Shown piece by piece: positions 9,942 through 18,586 of a stretch of 64,000 bases of DNA (the first letter of the stretch is position 1; each line of letters opens with the position of its first letter). Source of the stretch: Acidobacteriota bacterium. Lineage in GTDB: Bacteria > Acidobacteriota > Terriglobia > 20CM-2-55-15. The notes under the pieces are model-generated. The model searched no databases and was not told the origin of the DNA. It worked only from the letters and a program-made list of their open reading frames with translations. Made by a program: the position numbers and the translations under genes. The stretch covers positions 1,369 to 65,368 of the forward strand of contig QHWY01000082.1 in the NCBI GenBank assembly GCA_003223875.1, read 5' to 3'.

Positions 9942-10655
9942 ATGACGAAAAGAAATTCGGCCACAAAAAGGCACAAAATTCACAAAATAGTTCTTTGTGT
10001 CTTTTGTGCCTTTTTGTGGCTAATCCCTCTTTCGGAGGCTCAGGGTGACAGTTACACCCTGGAACAAGTCTTGACGAAAATGGACGAAATCCATAGAGGT
10101 TTCCGTTCGGCTGCAGCCGAGATCGAACGCACGCATGTAACCGTTCTTGTGAATGATAAGGATGTAAGTTCAGGAAAGTTCTATTACACACGCCGCGGGA
10201 AGGAACCCCGCGTGAAGCTCGAGCTTACAAAACCGGCGCCTCAGTATCTTCTGATCGACAAAGGCAAGCTGCAGTTATATACACCGAATCTGAAACAGGT
10301 TCAGGAGGTGTCTATTAGCGGTCATCAAGAGAAAGTCGAGATGTTCATGGCGCTGGGTTTTGGGCAATCGAGCCAGGATTTAAAAAATAATTTCGACGTT
10401 CGCTTGACCGGCGAGGAAGTCGTTAACGGCAAGAAGACGTCTGTTTTGGAACTCAAGCCTCAAAATTCCGCGATGTTCAAGTCCGTTCTGATATGGATGG
10501 ATCAGCAGAAGTGGGTTGCCGTACAGATAAAGACCACCGAGAACAGCGGCGACTACATGGTTTTGAAATTTTCCAACGTCAAACTCAACGCAGGCATGCC
10601 GGATTCGGTTTTCGATCTGAAAATGCCAAAAGACGTTCGTGTCATAAAGATGTGA
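9942..10655 (+). CDS. LolA-like outer-membrane lipoprotein carrier / lipoprotein-sorting protein
   Basis: About 200-aa mature part with the LolA-like pattern (...SGKFYY...LLIDKGKLQLYTPNLKQVQE...VFDLKMPKDVRV). ATG at 9942 chosen. The N-terminal signal peptide is encoded by the family-C palindrome. Confidence 0.7.
   Translation: MTKRNSATKRHKIHKIVLCVFCAFLWLIPLSEAQGDSYTLEQVLTKMDEIHRGFRSAAAEIERTHVTVLVNDKDVSSGKFYYTRRGKEPRVKLELTKPAPQYLLIDKGKLQLYTPNLKQVQEVSISGHQEKVEMFMALGFGQSSQDLKNNFDVRLTGEEVVNGKKTSVLELKPQNSAMFKSVLIWMDQQKWVAVQIKTTENSGDYMVLKFSNVKLNAGMPDSVFDLKMPKDVRVIKM
9960..10020. repeat. Family-C palindromic element, copy 1 (61 bp)
   Basis: GCCACAAAAAGGCACAAAA-N23-TTTTGTGCCTTTTTGTGGC with perfect 19-bp arms. 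A second copy lies at 34003-34060. Confidence 0.9.
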
Positions 10656-11265
10656 CGCGCTGCTGGCGTTCGAGCGCAGAAAGCACCCGCCACGTGTACC
10701 AGATCCGCTGAGATACGGTCCAGTTGGAAAGGATGGCCATGACCCAAAGGGCTGCGGCCATGCGATCCCATAAAGACCCAATAATCAAAAGAACGATCCG
10801 CTCCGGGCGTTCCAGAAATCCCACTTTACAGGCAGGAATCAGCGACTCGGCGCGAGCGCGTGTATAACTGGTGAGAACCGAACCGATCAGGACCAGACCG
10901 GTGAGGCCGACGTAAAAGATACGATTGATTTTCGCATACCAGAGGATCAGGCCGAGCAGTAGCAGCAGATCCGAATAGCGGTCGATCACGGAATCGAAAA
11001 ACGCGCCGAACTTCGTCTCCCGTTTCGTACGGCGAGCAACCTCGCCGTCGACGATATCGAAAATGCCGGCGAACAAGATAACCAGGCCGGCCCAGCTGAA
11101 GATTCCTTTCGCAAAGAGCACCATTGCGAAAATGTTGATCACCATGCCGATCAACGTCAGGATGTTGGGATGGATGTGAAGGCTCGCCAGACCTTTTACT
11201 ATGGAATCGACGACGCGTTTGCCGCCAGCCCCGATCCTGCCAGTGATGGATTTGGGTTGCTGCAT
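10642..11265 (-). CDS. CDP-alcohol phosphatidyltransferase (PgsA-like)
   Basis: Family motif DGEVARRTKRETKFGAFFDSVIDRYSD (D-G-x2-A-R-x8-G-x3-D-x3-D); multi-TM. Met at 11265 chosen so the gene does not overlap the greA stop at 11270. Confidence 0.85.
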   Translation of the reverse strand: MQQPKSITGRIGAGGKRVVDSIVKGLASLHIHPNILTLIGMVINIFAMVLFAKGIFSWAGLVILFAGIFDIVDGEVARRTKRETKFGAFFDSVIDRYSDLLLLLGLILWYAKINRIFYVGLTGLVLIGSVLTSYTRARAESLIPACKVGFLERPERIVLLIIGSLWDRMAAALWVMAILSNWTVSQRIWYTWRVLSALERQQRVTSL

Positions 11266-11269
11266 CGCT

Positions 11270-11737
11270 TTACTGATCGTGCATCGTGGTGAAACTGATG
11301 ATTTCAAATGTCCGGGTTCCCGAAGGAATTTTCACTTCAACGGTGTCGCCCTCCCGTTTGTTCAACAGGCTGCGGCCTATCGGCGAAGTCGTCGAAATAA
11401 GACCCTCCACGACGTTGGCGTCTTCACTCGTCACCAGCTTGTAAGTGACCTCTTCGTTCTTATCGACATCGAGCAGAACTACTTTCGAACCGAGGGATAT
11501 CCGGTCCCGTGGAATCTTATCAAAATTGATCAATGACAAATCCGCTAGTCTTTGTTGGAGTTGGCCCAGGCGGACGCGCACGAAATCCTGCCGCTCTCGC
11601 GCCGCTTGATAGTCTGCATTGTCGCTAAGATCGCCCAACGCTGCGGCCGTTTTCAAAGCCTTCGGCAGCTCCTCCCGTAACTCTCTTTCCAGCGCGTGAA
11701 TTTCTTCTTCTAGTTTTCTTTTGATGTCTGAGCTCAT
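11270..11737 (-). CDS. greA: Transcription elongation factor GreA
   Basis: 155 aa: N-terminal coiled coil and C-terminal domain (...[22 protein letters not shown]...). Confidence 0.95.
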   Translation of the reverse strand: MSSDIKRKLEEEIHALERELREELPKALKTAAALGDLSDNADYQAARERQDFVRVRLGQLQQRLADLSLINFDKIPRDRISLGSKVVLLDVDKNEEVTYKLVTSEDANVVEGLISTTSPIGRSLLNKREGDTVEVKIPSGTRTFEIISFTTMHDQ

Positions 11738-11748
11738 GATTAGATCGT

Positions 11749-11858
11749 CTGTAGCGGCCGTCTATAACCGCCGTGGATCGTTGATCAGGCATCGCCGGCG
11801 GTCATTTATATTAAGGCTGCGCGCTTTCGCGCTTGCGCTTCGCGGACCGCCGCTATAG
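11749..11858. repeat. Family-B palindromic element, diverged or composite copy
   Basis: CTGTAGCGGCCGTCTATAACCGCC ... GCGGACCGCCGCTATAG. Lies between the greA start and the mlaD stop. Confidence 0.8.
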
Positions 11859-11862
11859 TGCC

Positions 11863-12939
11863 TTAGAATAACTTAAAAGTTATCGTCAAAAATTTCTTGG
11901 GGTTCTGTCTGAAATCGTACAACAGTTTTTGAATCTCCGATGAGCTCTGGTTCAGGCTGTTGTAAAGCGTCGGATCTTTGATGAACTTGCCAGCCGTCCC
12001 TTCGCCGTTTTGGATGGAAGCCACCAGCATGGAAAACTTATTTACCGAGTCGCGAAATTCGTTGTAGACGGTTTCATCTTTCGACAGTTTTCCGAGAGTC
12101 CCCTCACCTCGATCGATACGGTCAGTGACGGATTCGACCCGGGCGAGTATCCGGTCCGTCTTGTCGTAGAGGGCCGGGTCATTGATGAATCTTGCAGCGG
12201 TACCGTGTCCGTGCTGGACTGTGTCGATCAAAGTGTCGACACGATCCATCATGTGATTGACGCGGCTATACAGTTCGTCGTCGGAAACCAATTTGCCCAC
12301 CGTTCCATTTCCGTTCCGCAAGTCACGAACGAAAGCGTGCGCTTCCCCCATCGTCGCGTTTGCGTTATCGTAAATAGAGGTATCGGTTAAAAGTTTCCCC
12401 AACGTGCCTTCGCCGCCCTCCACGCGTTCAGCCATTTTCTTCACATCATCGCTGAGTACCTGGAGGTTTGCGATGAAGTCGTTTGTGCCTTGCACGATTT
12501 TCCGGATGTCGCCCTCTTCCGAACCTTGGATTGTGCCGAGATCCTCAATGGCTTGGCCGGCATCGCTGCCGCGCGTGATGTCGATCGCGGAGTCACCCAG
12601 AAGACCGATGGTTTTTATCGTGACTTTCGAATCCGTTCGAATGATGTTCTGATAGGTCTGGTCCAACCGCAGTTCCGCCTCAACGGCTTTTTTGGGATCC
12701 GCCAGTTTCGAAATGCGCACGGCGTTGACATTTCCGATCGTCACTCCCTCCAGGTGAACTTCCGCTCCGGTTCTCAGGTTATTGGCATTTTCGAAGTACG
12801 CGACGATCGTGTATTTCGGACCCAAGAAGCCCGTCTGACCGCCGACGAAGAACATCGCCAATGCCAGTAGCAGGAAACTAACGATGACGACGATGCCGAC
12901 TCGTAGTTCCGTCCAGGCAAGCGACCGACGTTGCACCAT
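11863..12939 (-). CDS. mlaD: MlaD/MCE-family protein
   Basis: N-terminal TM helix and MCE domain (YFENANNLRTGAEVHLEGVTIGNVNAV). Long C-terminal region with about five GxGT(L/V)GKL repeats. Confidence 0.85.
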   Translation of the reverse strand: MVQRRSLAWTELRVGIVVIVSFLLLALAMFFVGGQTGFLGPKYTIVAYFENANNLRTGAEVHLEGVTIGNVNAVRISKLADPKKAVEAELRLDQTYQNIIRTDSKVTIKTIGLLGDSAIDITRGSDAGQAIEDLGTIQGSEEGDIRKIVQGTNDFIANLQVLSDDVKKMAERVEGGEGTLGKLLTDTSIYDNANATMGEAHAFVRDLRNGNGTVGKLVSDDELYSRVNHMMDRVDTLIDTVQHGHGTAARFINDPALYDKTDRILARVESVTDRIDRGEGTLGKLSKDETVYNEFRDSVNKFSMLVASIQNGEGTAGKFIKDPTLYNSLNQSSSEIQKLLYDFRQNPKKFLTITFKLF

Positions 12940-12981
12940 ATATTCTCCTCTCTGTTCTTACAGGTTCGCGTCCTATTAGCA

Positions 12982-13779
12982 TTAGGCCAAGAAACGTTTA
13001 ATGTATTCGTCTTTGGACCGGCGCAGAACCTCATCCGGTCCTTCAAAAATTATTTTGCCGTTATGAAGCATGAGAAAGCGTGTATTTGCGATGCAGATGA
13101 AGTTGTCTTCAGTATGGAAGGTGGTTTGCCCGTCGCCGTTCGTGGCGTATTCGGTAGCCAATGTAAACGCATCACGCATCCGGTGCGTCACGAAAACCCC
13201 TGTAACACTCTTGATATCACGCAGCGTGATGATGAGTTCATTAATCTTTTTTGAAGTCACCGGGTCCAGCCCAGCGGTCGGCTCGTCGTAGAGCATGATC
13301 TCCGGTTCATCGATCAGAGCACGGGCTAGTGCCACGCGGCGTTTCATTCCGCCGGAAAGTTCCGAAGGCATTTTATCGATCGCGTCTTCGAGCCCAACAA
13401 ACCCTAGGCTCTGCCGGACTTTGCCCTCGATTTCATTTTCGTCGACGCCTAATTCGTAGAGGCGATATGCGACGTTCTCCCGCACCGTTAAGGAGTCGAA
13501 GAGCGCCGATTCCTGGAAGACCATACCGATTTTCTGCCGCACGCTGACGAGCCGCCGCTCGTTAAATTTGCTGATATCCTCACCTTCGACGAAAATCTGT
13601 CCCTCATCCGGCCTGTCGAGCCCCATGATTAATTTGAGAATCGTCGACTTTCCCGAGCCGCTAGCCCCAATGATGATTTTGGTTTCTCCCCGGAATAGTG
13701 CGAATGAAATGCCATTAAGAATAGGCGCGTCACCGTAGTATTTGACGACGTTCTTCATTGCGAGAATCGGTGTGGTCAT
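12982..13779 (-). CDS. mlaF: Mla-type ABC transporter ATP-binding protein
   Basis: Starts at MTTPILAMKNVVKYYG. Walker A GASGSGKST, signature LSGGMKRRVALARA, Walker B IMLYDEPTAGLD. Its ATG overlaps the mlaE stop (ATGA). Confidence 0.9.
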   Translation of the reverse strand: MTTPILAMKNVVKYYGDAPILNGISFALFRGETKIIIGASGSGKSTILKLIMGLDRPDEGQIFVEGEDISKFNERRLVSVRQKIGMVFQESALFDSLTVRENVAYRLYELGVDENEIEGKVRQSLGFVGLEDAIDKMPSELSGGMKRRVALARALIDEPEIMLYDEPTAGLDPVTSKKINELIITLRDIKSVTGVFVTHRMRDAFTLATEYATNGDGQTTFHTEDNFICIANTRFLMLHNGKIIFEGPDEVLRRSKDEYIKRFLA

Positions 13780-14546
13780 CGTGTGTAAACCAGAATCAGA
13801 CGAGTTAGGAAGAGATTGAAGATGATGATTAGAATCGATGATACAACCACGGCTTGAGTCGTCGACCGGCCGACTCCCTGGGTGCCACCATAGGTGCGCA
13901 GCCCGCAGTGACAGCTCACAATGGCAACTGTAGCGCCAAAAACGATGGGCTTGAGCAAGCCTCCAAAAAGATCCATATAACTGAGACCGTTCCACGCCCG
14001 GGCCAGATACAGATTCGCGCTGATTCGGAGGACAAAAACCGATGTGAACAAGCCGCCGATGATACCCATGGCATCTGCCATCACAGTTGCGACGGGCAGC
14101 ATCGACGTCGTGGCTAATAGTCGAGGTACAACGAGCTTCTTGATAGGGTCTGTTCCTAAAGCGCGCATCGCGTTGATTTGCTCGGTTACGAGCATGGATC
14201 CCAGTTCGGATGCGATACCGGATCCCACGCGACCCGCTATCATTAATGAAGTCAGTACCGGGCCCAACTCTCGGACCAAAGAAACCGCCACTAGCTGTCC
14301 CGTGAAAGCCACGGCTCCAAAGGTGGTTAGAGTTTTGGATGACTGCAGCGTTAGCACGGCCCCGGTAAAGAATCCGGTGAGCATGACCACAGTAAGGGAT
14401 CCGACACCGACTATATCCATTTGGGTTAGGATGTCGCGAACATAAAACGGCCGGCGGAACATCGAAGCGAAAGCTTTTGCCGTTAGGAAGGTGACATCCT
14501 GCACCTCCTTTACGGCGGCTTTCGGCGAAACGGGCATCCACGTCAT
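13776..14546 (-). CDS. mlaE: Mla-type ABC transporter permease
   Basis: 256-aa multi-TM protein of the MlaE/Ttg2B type, translationally coupled to mlaF. Confidence 0.9.
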   Translation of the reverse strand: MTWMPVSPKAAVKEVQDVTFLTAKAFASMFRRPFYVRDILTQMDIVGVGSLTVVMLTGFFTGAVLTLQSSKTLTTFGAVAFTGQLVAVSLVRELGPVLTSLMIAGRVGSGIASELGSMLVTEQINAMRALGTDPIKKLVVPRLLATTSMLPVATVMADAMGIIGGLFTSVFVLRISANLYLARAWNGLSYMDLFGGLLKPIVFGATVAIVSCHCGLRTYGGTQGVGRSTTQAVVVSSILIIIFNLFLTRLILVYTR

Positions 14547-14589
14547 CGTAACGAAAAGATTCCGTAGAATCTAGGATATACCTCGCGCC

Positions 14590-15005
14590 TATCCAAAATA
14601 TGAAGACTCGCGGCACGAGTCCGCATTAATTCCCGAAAACATGGAGACTCGCGGCGTGAGTCGGCATTAATTCTCGAAAACATGGAGACTCGCGGCACTA
14701 GTCGGCATTAATTCTCGAAAATATGGAGACTGACGGCGTGAGTCCGCATTAATTCCCGAAAACATCGAGACTCGCAGCGTGAGTCCGCATTAATTCTCGA
14801 AAATATGGAGACTCGCGGCGCGAGTCGTTGTTTTTTTCCGAAAACACGACGACTGGCGTCACGAGCACGCATTTTTTTTCGAAAACATGAGGACTGGCGC
14901 CACGAGCACGCATTTTTTTCCGGAAACATGACAGCTCGCGCCGGGAGTCTTCACATTTTTCCAAAAACATGAGGACTTGCGGCGCGAGTCCTCATTTTCC
15001 GGGCC
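14590..15005. repeat. Tandem array, 10 units of exactly 41 bp, each an imperfect palindrome plus an A/T-rich linker
   Basis: Unit starts at 14600, 14641, 14682, 14723, 14764, 14805, 14846, 14887, 14928 and 14969. Consensus of units 1-5 is ATGGAGACTCGCGGCGTGAGTCGGCATTAATTCTCGAAAAC. Units 6-10 keep the register but diverge. Confidence 0.92.
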
Positions 15006-15171
15006 TGGGATGGGCGAAGAACCCGGCACGCAAGGCGGATCTGGCATCTGAAAGCGACCTCGGAAAAATTCTATCCTAACTGGTTTGCTGAACCACCAGA
15101 GTGGCACCTTCGGGCGATAGCATTCAGGTAGCCTGTAGTGCGGGCGCGCATGCCTGCATTATACTCGATCC

Positions 15172-16344
15172 ATGTTGAGCTTCCGGACGGCTGGCGAATC
15201 GCACGGCCAAGCGCTGATCGCTCTCGTGGAAGGCATGCCAGCTCACCTCTCCGTCGATTTCGATTTCATCGATCATGAACTGAAGCGTCGGCAAAGCGGT
15301 TTTGGGCGGGGCGGCCGGATGAAGATAGAACGGGATCAGGTACGTTTTCTCTCCGGAGTGCGGCACGGAAAGACCATCGGCAGTCCGATCGCCATGATGA
15401 TCGAGAATCGGGACTGGGCGAACTGGGAAGAAATCATGTCGGTTCGCGAGATAGGCGGGGATGTTGCGACAAAAAGGAGGGTGACGCGTCCCAGGCCTGG
15501 CCATACGGACCTGGCAGGGTCGTTGAAATACAACCACACCGATGCGAGAAACATTCTCGAGCGCTCCAGCGCCCGCGAAACCGCAGCGCGGGTGGCTGCC
15601 GGCGGGCTCGCGAAGGTGTTTCTCAGGGCGTTTGGTATCGAAGTACTCAGCCATACATCATCCATAGGTAAGGCTCGAGTTCCGGAAGACTTCGTCGTGA
15701 CATGGCAGCAGCTTGAAGCGATTCGCGACGACGAGGTCGTGCGATGCGTGTTGCCTGATGTCACCCAGGAAATGGTTAAAGAGATCGAGGCCGCTCAAAA
15801 AGATGGCGATACGGTAGGCGGAACTTTCGAAGTCGTTGCAATGGGGGTGCCCGTTGGGTTGGGTTCGCACACCGGATGGGACACGCGCTTGGATGGACGG
15901 TTAGCCCAAGCTGTCATGTGCGTTAATGCGGTCAAAGCAGTAGAGATTGGAAGAGGTGTCCGGATCGCCTACACGCGAGGCTCGCAGGCTCACGACGAGA
16001 TCGCCTACGATAACCAACAGCGCCGGTTCTATCACCTGTCAAACCGGGCCGGAGGTATTGAGGGGGGAATCACCAACGGAGAAGAAGTACGGGTCGTGGG
16101 TTATCTGAAACCCATTCCAACGTTGAAGAAAGCCCTGCGTTCGGTTGACTTGGTTACGAAAGAACCTTTTCTTGCGCAACACGAAAGATCCGACACGTGC
16201 ACGGTTCCAGCAGCCGGTGTGATTGGTGAAAGCATGGTGGCTCTGGTCTTGGCCACGGCGTTTCTCGAGAAGTTCGGCGGCGATTCCATTGAGGAGACCA
16301 GGCGCAACCACAAAGCCTATCTGGACCAATTGCAGGCGTATTAA
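15172..16344 (+). CDS. aroC: Chorismate synthase
   Basis: 390 aa. N-terminus MLSFRTAGESHG and full-length chorismate synthase pattern. Confidence 0.97.
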   Translation: MLSFRTAGESHGQALIALVEGMPAHLSVDFDFIDHELKRRQSGFGRGGRMKIERDQVRFLSGVRHGKTIGSPIAMMIENRDWANWEEIMSVREIGGDVATKRRVTRPRPGHTDLAGSLKYNHTDARNILERSSARETAARVAAGGLAKVFLRAFGIEVLSHTSSIGKARVPEDFVVTWQQLEAIRDDEVVRCVLPDVTQEMVKEIEAAQKDGDTVGGTFEVVAMGVPVGLGSHTGWDTRLDGRLAQAVMCVNAVKAVEIGRGVRIAYTRGSQAHDEIAYDNQQRRFYHLSNRAGGIEGGITNGEEVRVVGYLKPIPTLKKALRSVDLVTKEPFLAQHERSDTCTVPAAGVIGESMVALVLATAFLEKFGGDSIEETRRNHKAYLDQLQAY

Positions 16345-16361
16345 ATGTTAAACTTTTTTTT

Positions 16362-16874
16362 ATGATTCGACCGATCGTGCTTTGGGGAGCCGAGGTACTG
16401 GAGAAGACGTCGGAGCCTATAAAAAACATCACGGACGCCGAAATCAAGCTTGTCGAGGACATGATTGAAACCATGTACAAAGCGCCGGGCGTTGGTTTGG
16501 CGGCCCCTCAGGTCGGTGTTTCCAAGCGAATCATGGTCACGGACGCGACCGGCGGCGAAAGGAAAGATCATCTGTTCACCATATTGAACCCCGAAATTGT
16601 CTCCGCTGAAGGAGAACAATTTGAGGAAGAAGGATGTCTGAGCATTCCCGGCTTTTCCGCCACAGTCGTCCGGCCGAAAAAGATCGTTTTGCGCGGCCTT
16701 GATCTTAAAGGAAAAGAAATCATCATCGAAGGCTCCGACCTGCTGGCGCGTGCCTTCTCTCACGAGATGGATCATCTGGACGGTAAATTTTTCCTGGACC
16801 ACCTGAGTTTCATCAAACGCGATATGATCAAACGGCGGATCAAGAAACTGATTCGCCAAGGGAAGTGGGAATAA
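16362..16874 (+). CDS. def: Peptide deformylase
   Basis: The three PDF motifs are present: GVGLAAPQ, EGCLS, HEMDHL. Confidence 0.97.
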   Translation: MIRPIVLWGAEVLEKTSEPIKNITDAEIKLVEDMIETMYKAPGVGLAAPQVGVSKRIMVTDATGGERKDHLFTILNPEIVSAEGEQFEEEGCLSIPGFSATVVRPKKIVLRGLDLKGKEIIIEGSDLLARAFSHEMDHLDGKFFLDHLSFIKRDMIKRRIKKLIRQGKWE

Positions 16875-17839
16875 AGCTCGCCTTTATGGGGAGCGCGACA
16901 TTCGCGCTACCCTCCCTGAATCGGCTATTCGAACGTGGTTACGAGATAACCGGGGTCATCACCCAGCCGGATAAACCCAGCGGACGCGGGCAAACGGTGC
17001 AATCTCCACCGGTCAAGAGGCGTGCTTTCGATTTGCACTTGCCGATCTATCAACCGTCATCATTAAAGACAGAGGAGACGCAAAGTCTCATCCAAGCGCT
17101 TCGTCTGGATGTGATCGTCGTTGTCGCCTACGGTAAGATTCTCCCGCCATGGTTGCTCCAGTTTCCTTCCTATGGTTGTATCAATGTCCATGGTTCGATA
17201 TTGCCGAAGTATCGCGGTGCAGCGCCCGTACATTGGGCAATCGCGAATGGCGAGAAATCGACGGGCGTCTGTACGATGCTTCTGGACGAAGGTCTGGACA
17301 CCGGACCCCTTTATCTGTGCCGCGAAACGCTGATCGATCCTAATGAAACGACGGCTGAACTCTATAATCGCCTGGCGGACTTAGGCGCGGATGCGTTAAT
17401 CGACACACTCGAGGGCGTGATGAACAGCTCGCTTAAGCCAACGCCTCAGGACAATTCAAAAGCAACATTTGCACCGATTCTCAAAAAGGAACATGGATTT
17501 ATCGACTGGCACATGGCCGCGGTTGAAATTCACAATCGCGTGCGTGCGTTCAATCCATGGCCGGGCACGGTAGCGAAGTTTAGGGGTGTAACGTGCAAGA
17601 TCGTGAAGACAGCGATAGGGGAGAGCGCCGAAGCGCAAGCGCGTCAGCCCGCAGCGCCGCTACAGTCGGGTTCCATCGTGGTCGCCAGAGGGTCCTTGGC
17701 AGTGGTTTGCGGCGATGGAGCGCTGCTCGAGATCGTGCTAATTCAGCCTGAAAACCGAAAAGTCGTTTCAGGCGCTGATTTCGCCAATGGAGCGCGAATC
17801 CACCCTGATGAAAAATTCGAAGCCCTGTTGGATAATTGA
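16865..17839 (+). CDS. fmt: Methionyl-tRNA formyltransferase
   Basis: Formyltransferase core HGSILPKYRGAAPVHW plus a C-terminal tRNA-binding domain. Overlaps the def stop. Confidence 0.95.
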   Translation: MGIKLAFMGSATFALPSLNRLFERGYEITGVITQPDKPSGRGQTVQSPPVKRRAFDLHLPIYQPSSLKTEETQSLIQALRLDVIVVVAYGKILPPWLLQFPSYGCINVHGSILPKYRGAAPVHWAIANGEKSTGVCTMLLDEGLDTGPLYLCRETLIDPNETTAELYNRLADLGADALIDTLEGVMNSSLKPTPQDNSKATFAPILKKEHGFIDWHMAAVEIHNRVRAFNPWPGTVAKFRGVTCKIVKTAIGESAEAQARQPAAPLQSGSIVVARGSLAVVCGDGALLEIVLIQPENRKVVSGADFANGARIHPDEKFEALLDN

Positions 17840-17842
17840 TCC

Positions 17843-18586
17843 ATGCCCGACTCGGAGCAGAAACCGGTGAGCAGGTTCTCGCGTTGGTCGGGGATCATTC
17901 TGATGACGGCGATTCTGGGCGTGGCCGGAATCGTGAGTGCCCTGACCGCGATGCGTTTTGCGATTCGCGGGCGAGAAGTCGAAGTGCCGTCGCTGGCCGG
18001 AAAGACAGCGGATGAGGCGAAGGAGATTCTCAGTCACCGCGGTTTGCTGCTGAAGGTATCCAGTTCGCACTTCAGTTCGGAAGTGCCTGAAGCGCATATT
18101 CTAGATCAGATTCCCTCTTCCGGAACTAGGTTGAAAGTCAATCGGACCGTAAAAGTTCTGCTCTCACTCGGCGAACGCCGGTTCGCCGTCCCAAATCTCG
18201 TCGGGACCAGTCTGCGGGCTGCGCAACTCACCCTCGCACAGCGCAAGCTCGCTCTTGGAAAGGCGCTGTACGCGCACACTCCCGAAGGAGATCCCTCCAC
18301 GGTTGTCTATCAGGCGCCAAAGCCTGGAACGCAAGAGGGCAGTGACCCATCGGTGAACATTCTGATTTCGCTTGGTCCACCAGCCGAATATTTCATCATG
18401 CCGGATCTGATCGGGAAATCGGCAGACCTGGTCGCCTCTCGCGCCCGAAACGAGGGCTTCCACATTGGTAAGATCAACTACCGAAAATATCCGGGGGTCG
18501 GGCCCGGTGTTGTCATCCAACAAAAGCCGCAGGCCGGATATCGTTTGACAAAATCGGACATCGTGCTCCTGGACGTGAGTCAGTGA
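17843..18586 (+). CDS. Membrane-anchored protein made of three PASTA domains, with no kinase or PBP domain
   Basis: N-terminal TM helix (IILMTAILGVAGIVSALTA), then three PASTA repeats: VEVPSLAGKTADEAKEIL..., FAVPNLVGTSLRAAQLTL..., FIMPDLIGKSADLVASRA... Confidence 0.85.
   Translation: MPDSEQKPVSRFSRWSGIILMTAILGVAGIVSALTAMRFAIRGREVEVPSLAGKTADEAKEILSHRGLLLKVSSSHFSSEVPEAHILDQIPSSGTRLKVNRTVKVLLSLGERRFAVPNLVGTSLRAAQLTLAQRKLALGKALYAHTPEGDPSTVVYQAPKPGTQEGSDPSVNILISLGPPAEYFIMPDLIGKSADLVASRARNEGFHIGKINYRKYPGVGPGVVIQQKPQAGYRLTKSDIVLLDVSQ

Noticed and set aside
12982-14616. A 544-aa ORF spanning mlaF and most of mlaE
   Set aside because: Only the C-terminal 265 aa (from MTTPILAMKNV at 13779) are ABC ATPase. 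The Arg/Gly/His-rich N-terminal 279 aa are an out-of-frame read-through of the mlaE coding region.
14600-14763. Nine-codon mini-ORFs in array units 1-4 (for example ATG GAG ACT CGC GGC GTG AGT CGG CAT TAA = METRGVSRH), and the 73-82-aa minus-strand ORFs 14708..14929, 14749..14970 and 14859..15107
   Set aside because: No ribosome-binding sites are present. The ATG is lost in unit 5 and the frame is lost in units 6-10. The long minus-strand ORFs are just periodic translation of the repeat.
14590-15005. The 41-bp array as a CRISPR locus
   Set aside because: Units are contiguous with no unique spacers between them. Repeat identity decays along the array, and no cas genes are in the window.
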